A DNA stretch of 64,000 nucleotides from Lachnospiraceae bacterium UBA938 (GTDB taxonomy: Bacteria > Bacillota > Clostridia > Lachnospirales > Lachnospiraceae): assembly GCA_002293475.1 (NCBI GenBank), contig DBDG01000059.1:31726-95725 (forward strand), in the 5' to 3' direction. The first letter of the stretch is position 1, and each line of letters starts with the position of its first letter. The notes below the pieces were generated by a model. It saw nothing but the letters and a program-made list of their open reading frames with translations. It was not told the DNA's origin and did no database searches. The position numbers and the translations under genes are program-made. Shown here piece by piece: positions 47,396-56,421 of the stretch.

Positions 47396-48154
47396 ATGAT
47401 TTTACATGAAGAAGAGATACAGGATCTGGAAAGCTTTTCAGGTTACCGGTTTTGTAATAATATTACAACGATTGATAAAGAAGAGTGGATAGAAAAAGAA
47501 ATCAGGATAATCAATCAGGCCCAGCGTTTCTCAGGACTGGTCTATGCCAAGATTCCTAACCGAAATCGGAAAATCTGTCTTACTTTTGACGATTCTCCGG
47601 ATAAAAAGAATACCCCGAAGGTATTGGATATATTAAAGGAACATGAGATTAAAGCGACTTTTTTTGTTCTGGGGAAGCGGGTTCCCCGGTATTCTGATCT
47701 GGTCAGGCGGATGGCAGACGAAGGTCATTATATCGGAATACATACCCAGAATCACTACGATCTTACATTACTGAGCAATGAGGAAATAAGGTCAGAAATA
47801 ATGATTTCATCACAAAATATTAAAAAGGCTATCGGCAAGGTGCCGACTTTTTTCCGGCCGCCCTATGGCGCTTTGGATGACCGGGTCATCCAAGTTCTTA
47901 GGGATATGGGGATGAAGATAATCTTATGGTCTGTCAATACCTGTGACTGGCTAGAAAGAAAGCCGGAAAATATCATCCATAATGTAACCCGCCATACCAA
48001 TAACGGCGATATTATCCTGCTGCACAGCTATGTAGGGAAAGAGCCGACAGTCAAGGCGCTGCCGGAAATCATTAAGATACTCAAAGCTAAAAAATACGAA
48101 TTTGCTACCGTAGAACAACTTCTGACCGCCTCCGGATACCTGCCGCAGAAATAA
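47396..48154 (+). CDS. Polysaccharide deacetylase family (CE4 / NodB homology domain) protein
   Basis: NodB motifs 'TFDDSPD', 'HTQNHYDL', 'RPPYGAL', 'NTCDW' and 'IILLHS'. Confidence 0.85.
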   Translation: MILHEEEIQDLESFSGYRFCNNITTIDKEEWIEKEIRIINQAQRFSGLVYAKIPNRNRKICLTFDDSPDKKNTPKVLDILKEHEIKATFFVLGKRVPRYSDLVRRMADEGHYIGIHTQNHYDLTLLSNEEIRSEIMISSQNIKKAIGKVPTFFRPPYGALDDRVIQVLRDMGMKIILWSVNTCDWLERKPENIIHNVTRHTNNGDIILLHSYVGKEPTVKALPEIIKILKAKKYEFATVEQLLTASGYLPQK

Positions 48155-48185
48155 GATATGAATACTGGTTATTCCGTACCAAAAC

Positions 48186-48219
48186 AGCACCCCCCGCCCA
48201 GAATCGGGCGGGGGGTGCT
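48186..48219 (+). terminator. GC-rich hairpin closing the 26.7-48.2 kb gene string
   Basis: agcaccccccgccc-agaatc-gggcggggggtgct is followed by ttt. Confidence 0.65.
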
Positions 48220-48434
48220 TTAAGGGGAGGATAAGTATTTAACTTATCTGTTGTATGAATGTAATCAAAGGAGGGGGATCCATTGATTAATCATAGTATA
48301 GACCGGAAACGGAAGTTTATTCATAAATAATAAAAAATTTTACTTTTTTGGAAAAGTATTATATACTTACTCTTGAAAACTGACTCATATGATTCGGAAC
48401 AATCGGAAAATAAAACACAAAGGTGGTAAATACG

Positions 48435-48941
48435 ATGGCATTACTTAAAAAATGGCGGGACATGGCTTACTCGGAAACGGCCAACAAAGGCGATCTGCAG
48501 CGGATGTGGGCGGATTATTTTGAAAAAGAAAAAGCAGTTTATGCCACGCTTCTTAAGACCCCCGACCAGACCGTCACCGGCACGGTCAAAGAACTGGCGG
48601 AAAGATTCGGTATCGACATCATGATGATGACCGGTATCTTGGACGGCATGAACGACAGCCTGACAAAAGCCAATCCCATTGATGATATGGAAGAAGACAC
48701 GCCGGTCAATCTGGGCTTTGACAAAGAGCGCCTGTACAAGAACATGGTCGCCGCCAGTGCGGACTGGCTATATGAGCTTCCCGAGTGGGAAGAGATTTTT
48801 AGCGAAGAAAAACGCAAGGAACTCTACCGGGAACAGAAAGCCTCCGGCACCGTGGTAAAGGATGATAAGATATATCCCAACGATCCCTGCCCTTGCGGCA
48901 GCGGCAAGAAATATAAGAAATGCTGCGGTAGTAAAGTGTGA
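48435..48941 (+). CDS. SEC-C motif domain protein
   Basis: C-terminal '[14 protein letters not shown]'. ATG at 48435 follows 'aaaggtgg'. Confidence 0.7.
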   Translation: MALLKKWRDMAYSETANKGDLQRMWADYFEKEKAVYATLLKTPDQTVTGTVKELAERFGIDIMMMTGILDGMNDSLTKANPIDDMEEDTPVNLGFDKERLYKNMVAASADWLYELPEWEEIFSEEKRKELYREQKASGTVVKDDKIYPNDPCPCGSGKKYKKCCGSKV

Positions 48942-48978
48942 TTTATTTAGCCTGCATTGCGGACAGATAGGAGCTTAT

Positions 48979-50928
48979 ATGAAAATAACGTTAAAAGACG
49001 GGACGCACAAGGAATATGACAGTCCTTTAAGCATCTTTCAGATCGCTTCCGACATCAGCGAAGGACTAGCCAGGATGGCTTGTGCCGGAGAGATTGACGG
49101 CGTAGTCAAGGATCTGCGGACGGTCGTGGCAACTGACTGTAAACTGAATATCTTGACGGCCAGCGACAAAGCCGGGCTTAGCGCGATGCGCCATACGGCC
49201 TCCCATGTCCTAGCGGAAGCTGTAAAAAGTCTTTACCCAGAGGCCCGGCTGGCCATCGGTCCCAGCATCGAAAACGGCTATTACTATGATTTTGAGCATG
49301 AGCCTTTTTCCCGCGAGGATCTCGACCGCATCGAAACCGAGATGAAGAAAATCATCAAAGCGGGGAAGCCGCTGGAGCGGTTTACCCTGCCGCGCATAGA
49401 AGCCGTCCAGTTGATGGAGACGGCGGGAGAACCATATAAGGTTGAACTGATCAAAGACCTGCCGGAGGACGCCGAAATCTCCTTTTACCGGCAGGGAGAT
49501 TTTGTCGATCTTTGTGCCGGCCCGCATCTGATGAGTACCAAAAACATCAAGGCCTTTAAACTGACTTCTTCTTCCGGAGCCTATTGGCGCGGCAAATCAG
49601 AAAATGCCATGCTGCAGAGAATCTACGGGACAGCTTTCGCGAAGAAAGAAGAGCTGGAAGAGTATCTGGTATATCTGGAGAATATCAAACAGCGCGACCA
49701 TAATAAGCTAGGCCGGGAGATGGAGCTCTTTACGACCGTGGATATCATTGGCCAAGGCCTTCCCCTGCTGATGCCCAAGGGCGCCAAAATCATCCAGACC
49801 ATGCAGCGCTGGATCGAGGACGAGGAAGACTATAACCGGGGCTATATCCGCACTAGGACCCCTTTCATGGCCAAAAGCGACCTTTATAAGCTGTCCGGAC
49901 ACTGGGATCATTATAAAGACGGCATGTTTGTTATGGGTGACGAGGAAAAGAATAAGGAAGTATACGCGCTGCGTCCGATGACCTGCCCTTTCCAGTATTA
50001 TATTTATAAGGCCGGCCAGAAATCCTACCGCGACCTTCCCTTGCGCTACGGCGAGACTTCCGTCCTGTTCCGTAATGAAGACTCCGGGGAAATGCATGGG
50101 CTTACCAGAGTCCGTCAGTTTACCATATCCGAAGGCCACCTGATCGTCCGTCCCGACCAGATGAATGAGGAGTTTAAGGGCTGCCTAGATCTGGCAAGAT
50201 ATTGCCTTACGACGCTGGGTGTGGCGGATGATGTTACCTACCGCCTGTCAAAATGGGATCCCGATGACAGCGAGAAATATATCGGGGCGCCGGAGGTCTG
50301 GGAAGAAACCCAGGACAGGATCCGGAATATCCTTTTGGAGCTTAAGATCCCCTTTACCGAAGCCGTCGGGGAAGCGGCCTTTTACGGCCCCAAAGTTGAC
50401 ATCCAAGCGAAAAATGTCTACGGCAAAGAAGACACGATGATCACCATTCAATGGGACGCGGTACTGGCAGAGCAGTTTGACATGTATTATATTGACCAAA
50501 ACGGAGATAAGGTGCGGCCATACATCATCCACCGGACAGCGATGGGCTGTTATGAAAGGACGTTAGCATGGCTGATTGAAAAATATGAAGGTAAATTCCC
50601 CACCTGGCTCTGTCCTGAACAGGTAAGGGTCCTGCCGATTTCAGATAAATACGAAGAATATGCCCAAAATGTGCAGGCAGAGCTTAAAAAAAGCGGCATC
50701 TTGGCCGCTACCGACATGCGCTCAGAAAAGATCGGCTTTAAAATCAGGGAAGCGCGGCTGGATAAGATCCCCTACATGCTGGTAGTGGGGCAGCAGGAAG
50801 AAGCCGACCGGACCGTTTCGGTCAGGAGCCGCTTTGCCGGAGACGAAGGAGTCAAGCCATTGAAGGTTTTTATTGATCAGATCAGTGAAGAAATCCGGAC
50901 AAAGGCGATCCGCAAGACGGAAGCCTAG
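48979..50928 (+). CDS. thrS: Threonine--tRNA ligase
   Basis: N-terminal TGS domain 'MKITLKDGTHKEYDSPLSIFQIA', a class II core and a C-terminal anticodon-binding domain. ATG at 48979 is preferred, because the ORF-track start at 48862 overlaps the upstream gene. Confidence 0.9.
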   Translation: MKITLKDGTHKEYDSPLSIFQIASDISEGLARMACAGEIDGVVKDLRTVVATDCKLNILTASDKAGLSAMRHTASHVLAEAVKSLYPEARLAIGPSIENGYYYDFEHEPFSREDLDRIETEMKKIIKAGKPLERFTLPRIEAVQLMETAGEPYKVELIKDLPEDAEISFYRQGDFVDLCAGPHLMSTKNIKAFKLTSSSGAYWRGKSENAMLQRIYGTAFAKKEELEEYLVYLENIKQRDHNKLGREMELFTTVDIIGQGLPLLMPKGAKIIQTMQRWIEDEEDYNRGYIRTRTPFMAKSDLYKLSGHWDHYKDGMFVMGDEEKNKEVYALRPMTCPFQYYIYKAGQKSYRDLPLRYGETSVLFRNEDSGEMHGLTRVRQFTISEGHLIVRPDQMNEEFKGCLDLARYCLTTLGVADDVTYRLSKWDPDDSEKYIGAPEVWEETQDRIRNILLELKIPFTEAVGEAAFYGPKVDIQAKNVYGKEDTMITIQWDAVLAEQFDMYYIDQNGDKVRPYIIHRTAMGCYERTLAWLIEKYEGKFPTWLCPEQVRVLPISDKYEEYAQNVQAELKKSGILAATDMRSEKIGFKIREARLDKIPYMLVVGQQEEADRTVSVRSRFAGDEGVKPLKVFIDQISEEIRTKAIRKTEA

Positions 50929-51084
50929 TGTCGGCAACATTCATTTTTGAGCAGCATAATTGGCAATACAGCAATACAATAAGCAATACAATAAACAATA
51001 CAATAAGCAGAAACAGTGAATAGAATCGGTAATACTGAGCCATACTACTACTACCAACCAAGAGTAAATTTTCAGGAGGTAAAT

Positions 51085-51399
51085 ATGGCTCAGTTAGATT
51101 GTACGGTTCATAACTGTCTTTACAACAAGACCATGTGCTGCTGCAAAGGTGATATCCTAGTGGGCGGGACACATGCCGATACAGAAGAAGAAACCTGCTG
51201 CGAAAGCTTTTATGAGCGCCGGGGCGATTCCTATACCAGCGCGATCGAGCATCCGAGTAAGTTTATCAGTATCGACTGCGAGGCCGAGAACTGCACTTAC
51301 AACAGCAACTATAAGTGTACGGCCGATCATGTGGATATCTGCGGAAGCGGCGCAAACACCAGTATTGAAACGATATGTGCAACATTTGAAGAACGGTAA
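51085..51399 (+). CDS. DUF1540-like Cys-rich protein (two repeats)
   Basis: 'CTVHNCLYNKTMCCCKG' and 'CEAENCTYNSNYKCTA' repeats. ATG at 51085 follows 'aggaggtaaat'. Confidence 0.65.
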   Translation: MAQLDCTVHNCLYNKTMCCCKGDILVGGTHADTEEETCCESFYERRGDSYTSAIEHPSKFISIDCEAENCTYNSNYKCTADHVDICGSGANTSIETICATFEER

Positions 51400-51582
51400 G
51401 GGCACCATTGTTACTGTGGAGAACCATTGGAATAATTATGCGAGAATAATTATGTGAGATTAATTATGTGAGATTAATTATGGCAAGGAGTGAACAGTAA
51501 CTAGCGGAAGGATATTGCTGGATAGCGGACACAGGTAGGGACACAGGCAGACACAGGCAGCGAGGCAGCGAAAAAATAATAC

Positions 51583-51810
51583 TTGACAGCCATACAACAA
51601 AGTGTTATCCTACTTAAAGCATGTTGAACAGCATGCTTTATAGCAAAGCAGAGTATCCGCTCTCACCCTGTGGCAATCGCGCCGACAGGTGTTTATAGGT
51701 CAGAATATCAGGCATGCGGCACGGTATGTGATGAATTATAGCACATCACCGGAATGTTTCGATAGTTTGGAATGTAATTTAAGTGGATAGTTATGCTATT
51801 CACTTATTTT
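51583..51810 (+). promoter_or_regulatory. Promoter plus structured leader with intrinsic terminator upstream of infC-rpmI-rplT (probable L20-responsive leader)
   Basis: TTGACA (51583-51588), 17-nt spacer, TATCCT. Hairpin aaagcatg-ttgaaca-gcatgcttt. Terminator aagtggatag-ttatg-ctattcactt followed by attttta (51781-51810). The position matches the Firmicutes L20 leader. Confidence 0.5.
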
Positions 51811-51919
51811 TATGTTATTTTTATGTTTTATAAATTTATATTTTATAAATAGTTAAGATAATATAAATCAGGAATGCTAGTTAAGGAAAGTTTTTTCTTG
51901 TATAGAGGAGGGTAAAGTT

Positions 51920-52426
51920 ATTAGCGATTTATTCATTAACGAACAGATCAGGGACAAAGAAGTACGTGTCGTCGGAGCCGCCGGCGAACAGCTGGGTATC
52001 ATGGCCACCAAAGATGCATTGAAGATCGCGGAGGAAGCCGGTCTTGACCTAGTAAAGATTGCGCCCACGGCGCAGCCGCCGGTCTGCAAGATTGTCGATT
52101 ACGGCAAATTCAAATACGAACAGACTAGGAAGGAAAAGGAAGCCCGTAAGAAACAGCGGGTGATCGAAATAAAGGAGATCCGTCTGTCTCCCAATATTGA
52201 CACCAATGACCTGAATACTAAAAGAAGCGCTGCTAGGAAATTCCTGACCAAGGGCGATAAAGTCAAAATAACCCTTAGGTTCCGCGGGCGTGAGATGGCT
52301 CACATGGCTAAAAGCAAGCATATCCTAGATGAATTTGCCGAGGCGCTGGCGGATATTGCGGTCATTGAGAAGGCTCCTAAGGTAGAAGGCAGAAGTATGA
52401 CTATGTTTTTAACTGAGAAACGGTAG
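51920..52426 (+). CDS. infC: Translation initiation factor IF-3, initiated at ATT
   Basis: The frame is open from ATT 51920, 8 nt after GAGGAGG. 'ISDLFINEQIRDKEVRVVGAAGEQLGI' matches the conserved IF-3 N-terminus. The ORF-track ATG at 52001 would delete it. Confidence 0.9.
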   Translation: MSDLFINEQIRDKEVRVVGAAGEQLGIMATKDALKIAEEAGLDLVKIAPTAQPPVCKIVDYGKFKYEQTRKEKEARKKQRVIEIKEIRLSPNIDTNDLNTKRSAARKFLTKGDKVKITLRFRGREMAHMAKSKHILDEFAEALADIAVIEKAPKVEGRSMTMFLTEKR

Positions 52427-52469
52427 TTTGTCGGTTGAGATAAAAAAGTAATGACAGGAGGAAAAATCA

Positions 52470-52667
52470 ATGCCCAAAATGAAAACAAAAAGAGCGGCAG
52501 CGAAACGTTTTAAACTGACAGGTACAGGTAAATTAAAGAGAAATAAAGCTTATAAAACCCATATCTTAACTAAAAAATCCACTAAGAGAAAAAGAAATCT
52601 CAGGAAGCCGGCGATGACCGATGCTTCCAACGTTAAGAATATGAAAAAGATATTACCATATTTATAA
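52470..52667 (+). CDS. rpmI: 50S ribosomal protein L35
   Basis: '[24 protein letters not shown]'. Confidence 0.95.
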   Translation: MPKMKTKRAAAKRFKLTGTGKLKRNKAYKTHILTKKSTKRKRNLRKPAMTDASNVKNMKKILPYL

Positions 52668-52689
52668 TTCGTAAGGAGGAAATTAAGAC

Positions 52690-53046
52690 ATGGCTAGAAT
52701 AAAAGGCGGCATGAATGCCCGAAAAAAACACAATAGAGTATTAAAGCTGGCAAAAGGCTACCGTGGCGCAAGAAGCAAACAGTACCGGGTGGCTAAGCAG
52801 TCCGTTATGCGTGCCCTGGCATCTTCTTACGCAGGTCGAAAAGAAAGGAAGCGTCAGTTCAGACGTCTCTGGATCGTCAGGATTAATGCCGCGGCGCGGA
52901 TGAACGGACTTTCATACAGCCGCTTCATGTTCGGCTTAAAGGAAGCCGGCGTAGAGATAAACCGCAAGATGCTTGCGGATATGGCCGTTAACGATGCTCA
53001 GGGCTTTGCCACGCTGGCAGACTTGGCTAAAAGCAAAATTGCATAG
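52690..53046 (+). CDS. rplT: 50S ribosomal protein L20
   Basis: '[30 protein letters not shown]'. Confidence 0.95.
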   Translation: MARIKGGMNARKKHNRVLKLAKGYRGARSKQYRVAKQSVMRALASSYAGRKERKRQFRRLWIVRINAAARMNGLSYSRFMFGLKEAGVEINRKMLADMAVNDAQGFATLADLAKSKIA

Positions 53047-53067
53047 GATATAAGAAGAGGCGATATA

Positions 53068-53120
53068 ACCCCGGCGGCAGGATGAGATGTGACTATAAAC
53101 ATCTTGCCATGCGGGGTTTT
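53068..53120 (+). terminator. Intrinsic terminator after rplT
   Basis: 'ccccggcggcaggatg' ... 'catcttgccatgcgggg' followed by tttt. Confidence 0.6.
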
Positions 53121-53206
53121 ACTTTCATACATGTTTTCACATATCTTTTTGAAAAGCGGATGACTTAAGATAAGTATTGAGGTAAGGAAGGTAAGGAAGG
53201 TAAATA

Positions 53207-53626
53207 ATGAAGCCGTATAAACATAAAGCGCAGTACTATGAAACGGATCAGATGGGCATCATCCACCACTCCAATTATATCCGGTGGATGGAGTCGGCTA
53301 GGATTGATGCCATGAATCAGATGGGGAATGATTACCGCAAAATGGAGGAAAGCGGTATTGTCAGTCCGGTTCTGGATATTCGTTGTGAATATAAATCTAT
53401 GGTACATTTTGATGAGACGGTAGCTGTTTTAGTACAGATCAAGCAGTATAATGGGATAAAATTACAGCTTTCTTATACCATTACAGATAATGTAACCGGC
53501 GAATTACGGGCACAGGGCGAAAGCAGCCATTGCTTTCTTAACAAACGGAACCGACCGGTTTCGTTAAAAAGAACATGCCCGGACTTCCATGACGCCTTTG
53601 AAAAGTGGGCTGAAAAAATTGATTGA
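53207..53626 (+). CDS. Acyl-CoA thioesterase, hot-dog fold (4HBT/YbgC-like)
   Basis: 'YYETDQMGIIHHSNYIRWMESAR' is the typical 4HBT N-terminal motif with a catalytic Asp. Confidence 0.75.
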   Translation: MKPYKHKAQYYETDQMGIIHHSNYIRWMESARIDAMNQMGNDYRKMEESGIVSPVLDIRCEYKSMVHFDETVAVLVQIKQYNGIKLQLSYTITDNVTGELRAQGESSHCFLNKRNRPVSLKRTCPDFHDAFEKWAEKID

Positions 53627-53674
53627 CACTCAAAAACAAATCATGTATATTATAACTTGTGAGTTTCATAATAT

Positions 53675-53747
53675 CGGGGTGTGGCTCAGGTGGTAGAGCG
53701 CTACTTTAGGGAAGTAGAGGCCGCAAGTTCAAGTCTTGTCACTCCGA
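53675..53747 (+). tRNA. trnP: tRNA-Pro with apparent anticodon AGG
   Basis: Hand fold. Acceptor CGGGGTG/CACTCCG, U8, D arm GCTC-AGGTGGTA-GAGC. Anticodon stem CTACT/AGTAG with loop TTAGGGA (U33, A34 G35 G36, G37). T arm GCAAG-TTCAAGT-CTTGT. Discriminator A. Confidence 0.8.
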
Positions 53748-53749
53748 CT
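53723..53749 (+). repeat. attL-like 27-bp direct repeat (3' part of tRNA-Pro)
   Basis: gcaagttcaagtcttgtcactccgact matches 56709-56735 at 26 of 27 positions. Confidence 0.85.
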
Positions 53750-53751
53750 GT

Positions 53752-53782
53752 AAAACCCTTGATTTACAAGGGTTTTATTTTT
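53752..53782. terminator. Hairpin after tRNA-Pro, also at the 3' end of the integrase pseudogene
   Basis: aaaacccttg-attta-caagggtttt followed by atttttat. Confidence 0.55.
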
Positions 53783-54646
53783 ATATGTTGTATTCTGTGT
53801 TGCATAGTGAAGAAAAGTGATCGTTAGCAAGCTTATTCATTTTGGTAACTTTTTCATCCATAGTATGCCTGTAAACGCTTTTCAAGACTCCATCAGAACC
53901 CCAACCGCCACGCTGCATGATATATGCATCGGGAACCCCCAAAGCATGTTGAATGGATGCTGAATAATGCCTGAGGTCATGAAAACGGAAAGGCTTACAG
54001 CAAATTCCACATGAATAATGTTGTCATTTATATGGTCACTATTCAAGGCACATATTTCACCACGACGCATAGGCCCAAAAGCGGCCAATAAAATGGGTAA
54101 CTCCATGTCAGTACCTTTGACATATTGAATGAGTCGTTTAACATCCATATCAGAGGGAATATATAGGCTAGGACGTACCTTTTTAGGTAGAATGGTGTTA
54201 AGAGCAAAATCAGGCCGCTCTTGTTTCATAACGGATGCTATTAGACCGTGATTACATCGGACTGTTTTAGGGGAGTGATTCACAGAGTCTTTATTGATTA
54301 ACTCTTGTATGTATTCTTGAGTGATATTATGAATTTTCTTCTCCATAATATCATAATAGCCTACTTTCCTTATGCGTTTGTACTCTCTGATTGTTCCGGG
54401 GGAAAGGACAGAAGAACGGCGAAGTATATAGTTGTCCAAGGCAGAACCGAAGGTTAATGAGGATAATTTTGTAATATCCCTTTTGTTTGCTGCAAACTGT
54501 GCGGCTGCATACTCCGCTTCCCGTTTTCCCTTTGGGGAAGGATCGGCCGACGTGAATGAGCGGTAATGTCTCTTGCCGTTTTCATCCATGTGATCGAATA
54601 CCTGACACCGCCATGAACCGGACGGTAATTTTTTAGCTTTTGCCAT
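53781..54646 (-). pseudogene. Tyrosine recombinase (phage-type integrase), disrupted by an internal deletion plus frameshift
   Basis: The N-terminal frame runs 'MAKAKKLPSGSWRCQVF...RRGEICALNSDHINDNIIHVE' and then becomes nonsense. A different frame encodes the catalytic C-terminus 'RFHDLRHYSASIQHALGVPDAYIMQRGGWGSDGVLKSVYRHT...' ending at 53781. Roughly 70-90 aa between the two parts are missing. Confidence 0.75.
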
Positions 54647-54800
54647 AAAAAATAACACTTCCTTTCTGAAAAAATGATGCATTTGGTAAAGGAATGTGTT
54701 ATACTATTTTTGTCTTGTATAGTATCACATATTCCTTTTGGTGTATGGGTTACATTTATCAAAACCGTTCATGCTGCTAACATGGGCGGTTTTAAACGTA

Positions 54801-54830
54801 TTGACACCACCGGCATAGGTGGTTTATAAT
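54801..54830 (+). promoter_or_regulatory. Sigma-A-type promoter of a short non-coding transcript
   Basis: TTGACA (54801-54806), 18-nt spacer, TATAAT (54825-54830). Confidence 0.55.
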
Positions 54831-54836
54831 GTACTT

Positions 54837-54940
54837 AACAAGACAGCCGATAAGATAGATACAGCCTATCCGTTCCGGCGAGATTATACGTTTTAAAAAA
54901 TAACCGTTAGTCTGCCAAGATCAAGACGGTTATTTTTTAT
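54837..54940 (+). ncRNA. Candidate ~100-nt sRNA (putative type I antitoxin), from promoter to bidirectional terminator
   Basis: No ORF. It ends at the hairpin aataaccgt...acggttatt plus T-run (54899-54938). Its 3' end is antisense to the 3' end of the 25-codon ORF on the minus strand. Confidence 0.35.
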
Positions 54941-55007
54941 GCTTCAATAAAGTAATTATCGCACATAGCATGATTACGAAGGTAAACAACTCCATATATG
55001 TAATCAT
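54930..55007 (-). CDS. 25-aa hydrophobic peptide, candidate type I toxin (MITYMELFTFVIMLCAIITLLKHKK)
   Basis: ATG (55007-55005) lies 7 nt after 'aaggggg'. One TM-length hydrophobic stretch is followed by KHKK. The stop codon sits inside the shared bidirectional terminator. It is too short for the ORF track. Confidence 0.4.
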   Translation of the reverse strand: MITYMELFTFVIMLCAIITLLKHKK

Positions 55008-55274
55008 CTAAGCACCCCCTTCCCAAGACCGGATTTAGGATGGCATCACCGCCCTATCGGCTGCCCTGTTAAATATATTATACTGTCAAGGTACTACTTA
55101 CAGTGACGATGTAAGTCAAACTTACATCCTCTATCGTCAAAGACCGTCACGCAGCCGCCATATTGACCTTATCGGCCTTTCTCAGCGATACATCACTATT
55201 CAGCATCAGAGCATGAATACCTCTGCCACCTTCCCTGTCCGTCACATAGCAGGATAATTTCTCACCTTCTATAA

Positions 55275-56421
55275 TCTTTTGGAGATTGTCACATAAAAGA
55301 TAAGTTTCTGGCTAATAAATTCGCGGAACATATCATTAAGGAAAGGCACATTAAAAAGATCAATAGTCAGATTCACGTATATCAGAATGGTATTTATGTG
55401 TCAGGACGTATTGCGATAGAAAGGGCAATGCTGGGTGAAATCCCTTCTTTGTCATCACATAACCGCAGTGAAGTACTTAAATATTTAGAAGTCATGTGTG
55501 ATGAAGCGGAAGCAGCAGAACTAAACTTGATAGCCTTTAAGAATGGTATTTATGACATTGATTCTGACCGGCTGATACCGTTTGACCCCAATATTATAAT
55601 CACAAATATGATACCGTGGAATTATAACCGTGATGCCAAGTCCAATCTGGTAGATAAGGTTTTTTACGATATATCATGCGGTGATGAAAATATCAGATAT
55701 CTATTGGAAGAAGCTGCCGGTTCATGCTTTTACCGGTCAAATAAAATAGGTGGTGGTAAAACATTCGTGTTAACAGGCGGTAAAAACAACGGTAAATCAA
55801 CATATTTAGATATGGTCAAGTGCATGATCGGTAAAGGGAACTACTCTTCTTTGGATTTAATGGAACTTTCAGATCGGTTTCGCACTGCTGAAATGTTCGG
55901 TAAGTTGGCTAATATTGGTGACGATATATCAAGTGATTATCTGCAAGGTAAGCAGCTATCTATATTTAAGAAGATAGTCACCGGAGAAAGTATAACGATA
56001 GAGCGTAAAGGGCAAGATCCATTTGACTTTGATCCGGTACAAAAGCAGTTTTTTTCGGCTAATGATATCCCCCGAATGAAGGACCATACCGGAGCAGTAT
56101 TAAGGAGACTGCTAATTATTCCCTTCAATGCCACATTTGACAAGTCCGATCCGGATTATGATCCGAATATCGGAAATAAATTGAATCAGGCTGAACATAT
56201 GGAGTATTTCATTCAGTGTGCTTTAGAGAGTCTATAAGCGGTATCAAGTATTCTGTGCTGACAACGGTTTTCAGCCGGGAAGTAATTTGACGTTTTCAAA
56301 GAATATTAACCGAGCATTAGGAACTGAATCAGTAAATAAGAGAATCAATAGTAAGGTAATCAAGGTTTTTGTACATTCTGTAGCGGTTATGTACAACTTA
56401 TTATATATTATATACAGTTGA
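55275..56421 (+). pseudogene. P4/D5-family primase-helicase, truncated at the N-terminus and frameshifted near the C-terminus
   Basis: The frame opens right after a TAA at 55272-55274 with 'DKFLANKFAEHIIKERHIKKINSQIHVYQNGIYV', with no plausible start codon and no primase domain. Walker A is 'GGKNNGKST'. After the stop at 56237, another frame encodes a typical C-terminal tail 'FSKNINRALGTESVNKRINSKVIKVF' ending at 56421. Confidence 0.6.

Noticed and set aside
48862-48978. N-terminal extension of thrS overlapping the SEC-C gene, and a search for a T-box leader upstream of thrS.
   Set aside because: The extension is out of character for ThrS, since the conserved TGS domain starts at the ATG at 48979. 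Only 37 nt separate the two genes, leaving no room for a T-box, and no specifier or T-box sequence was seen.
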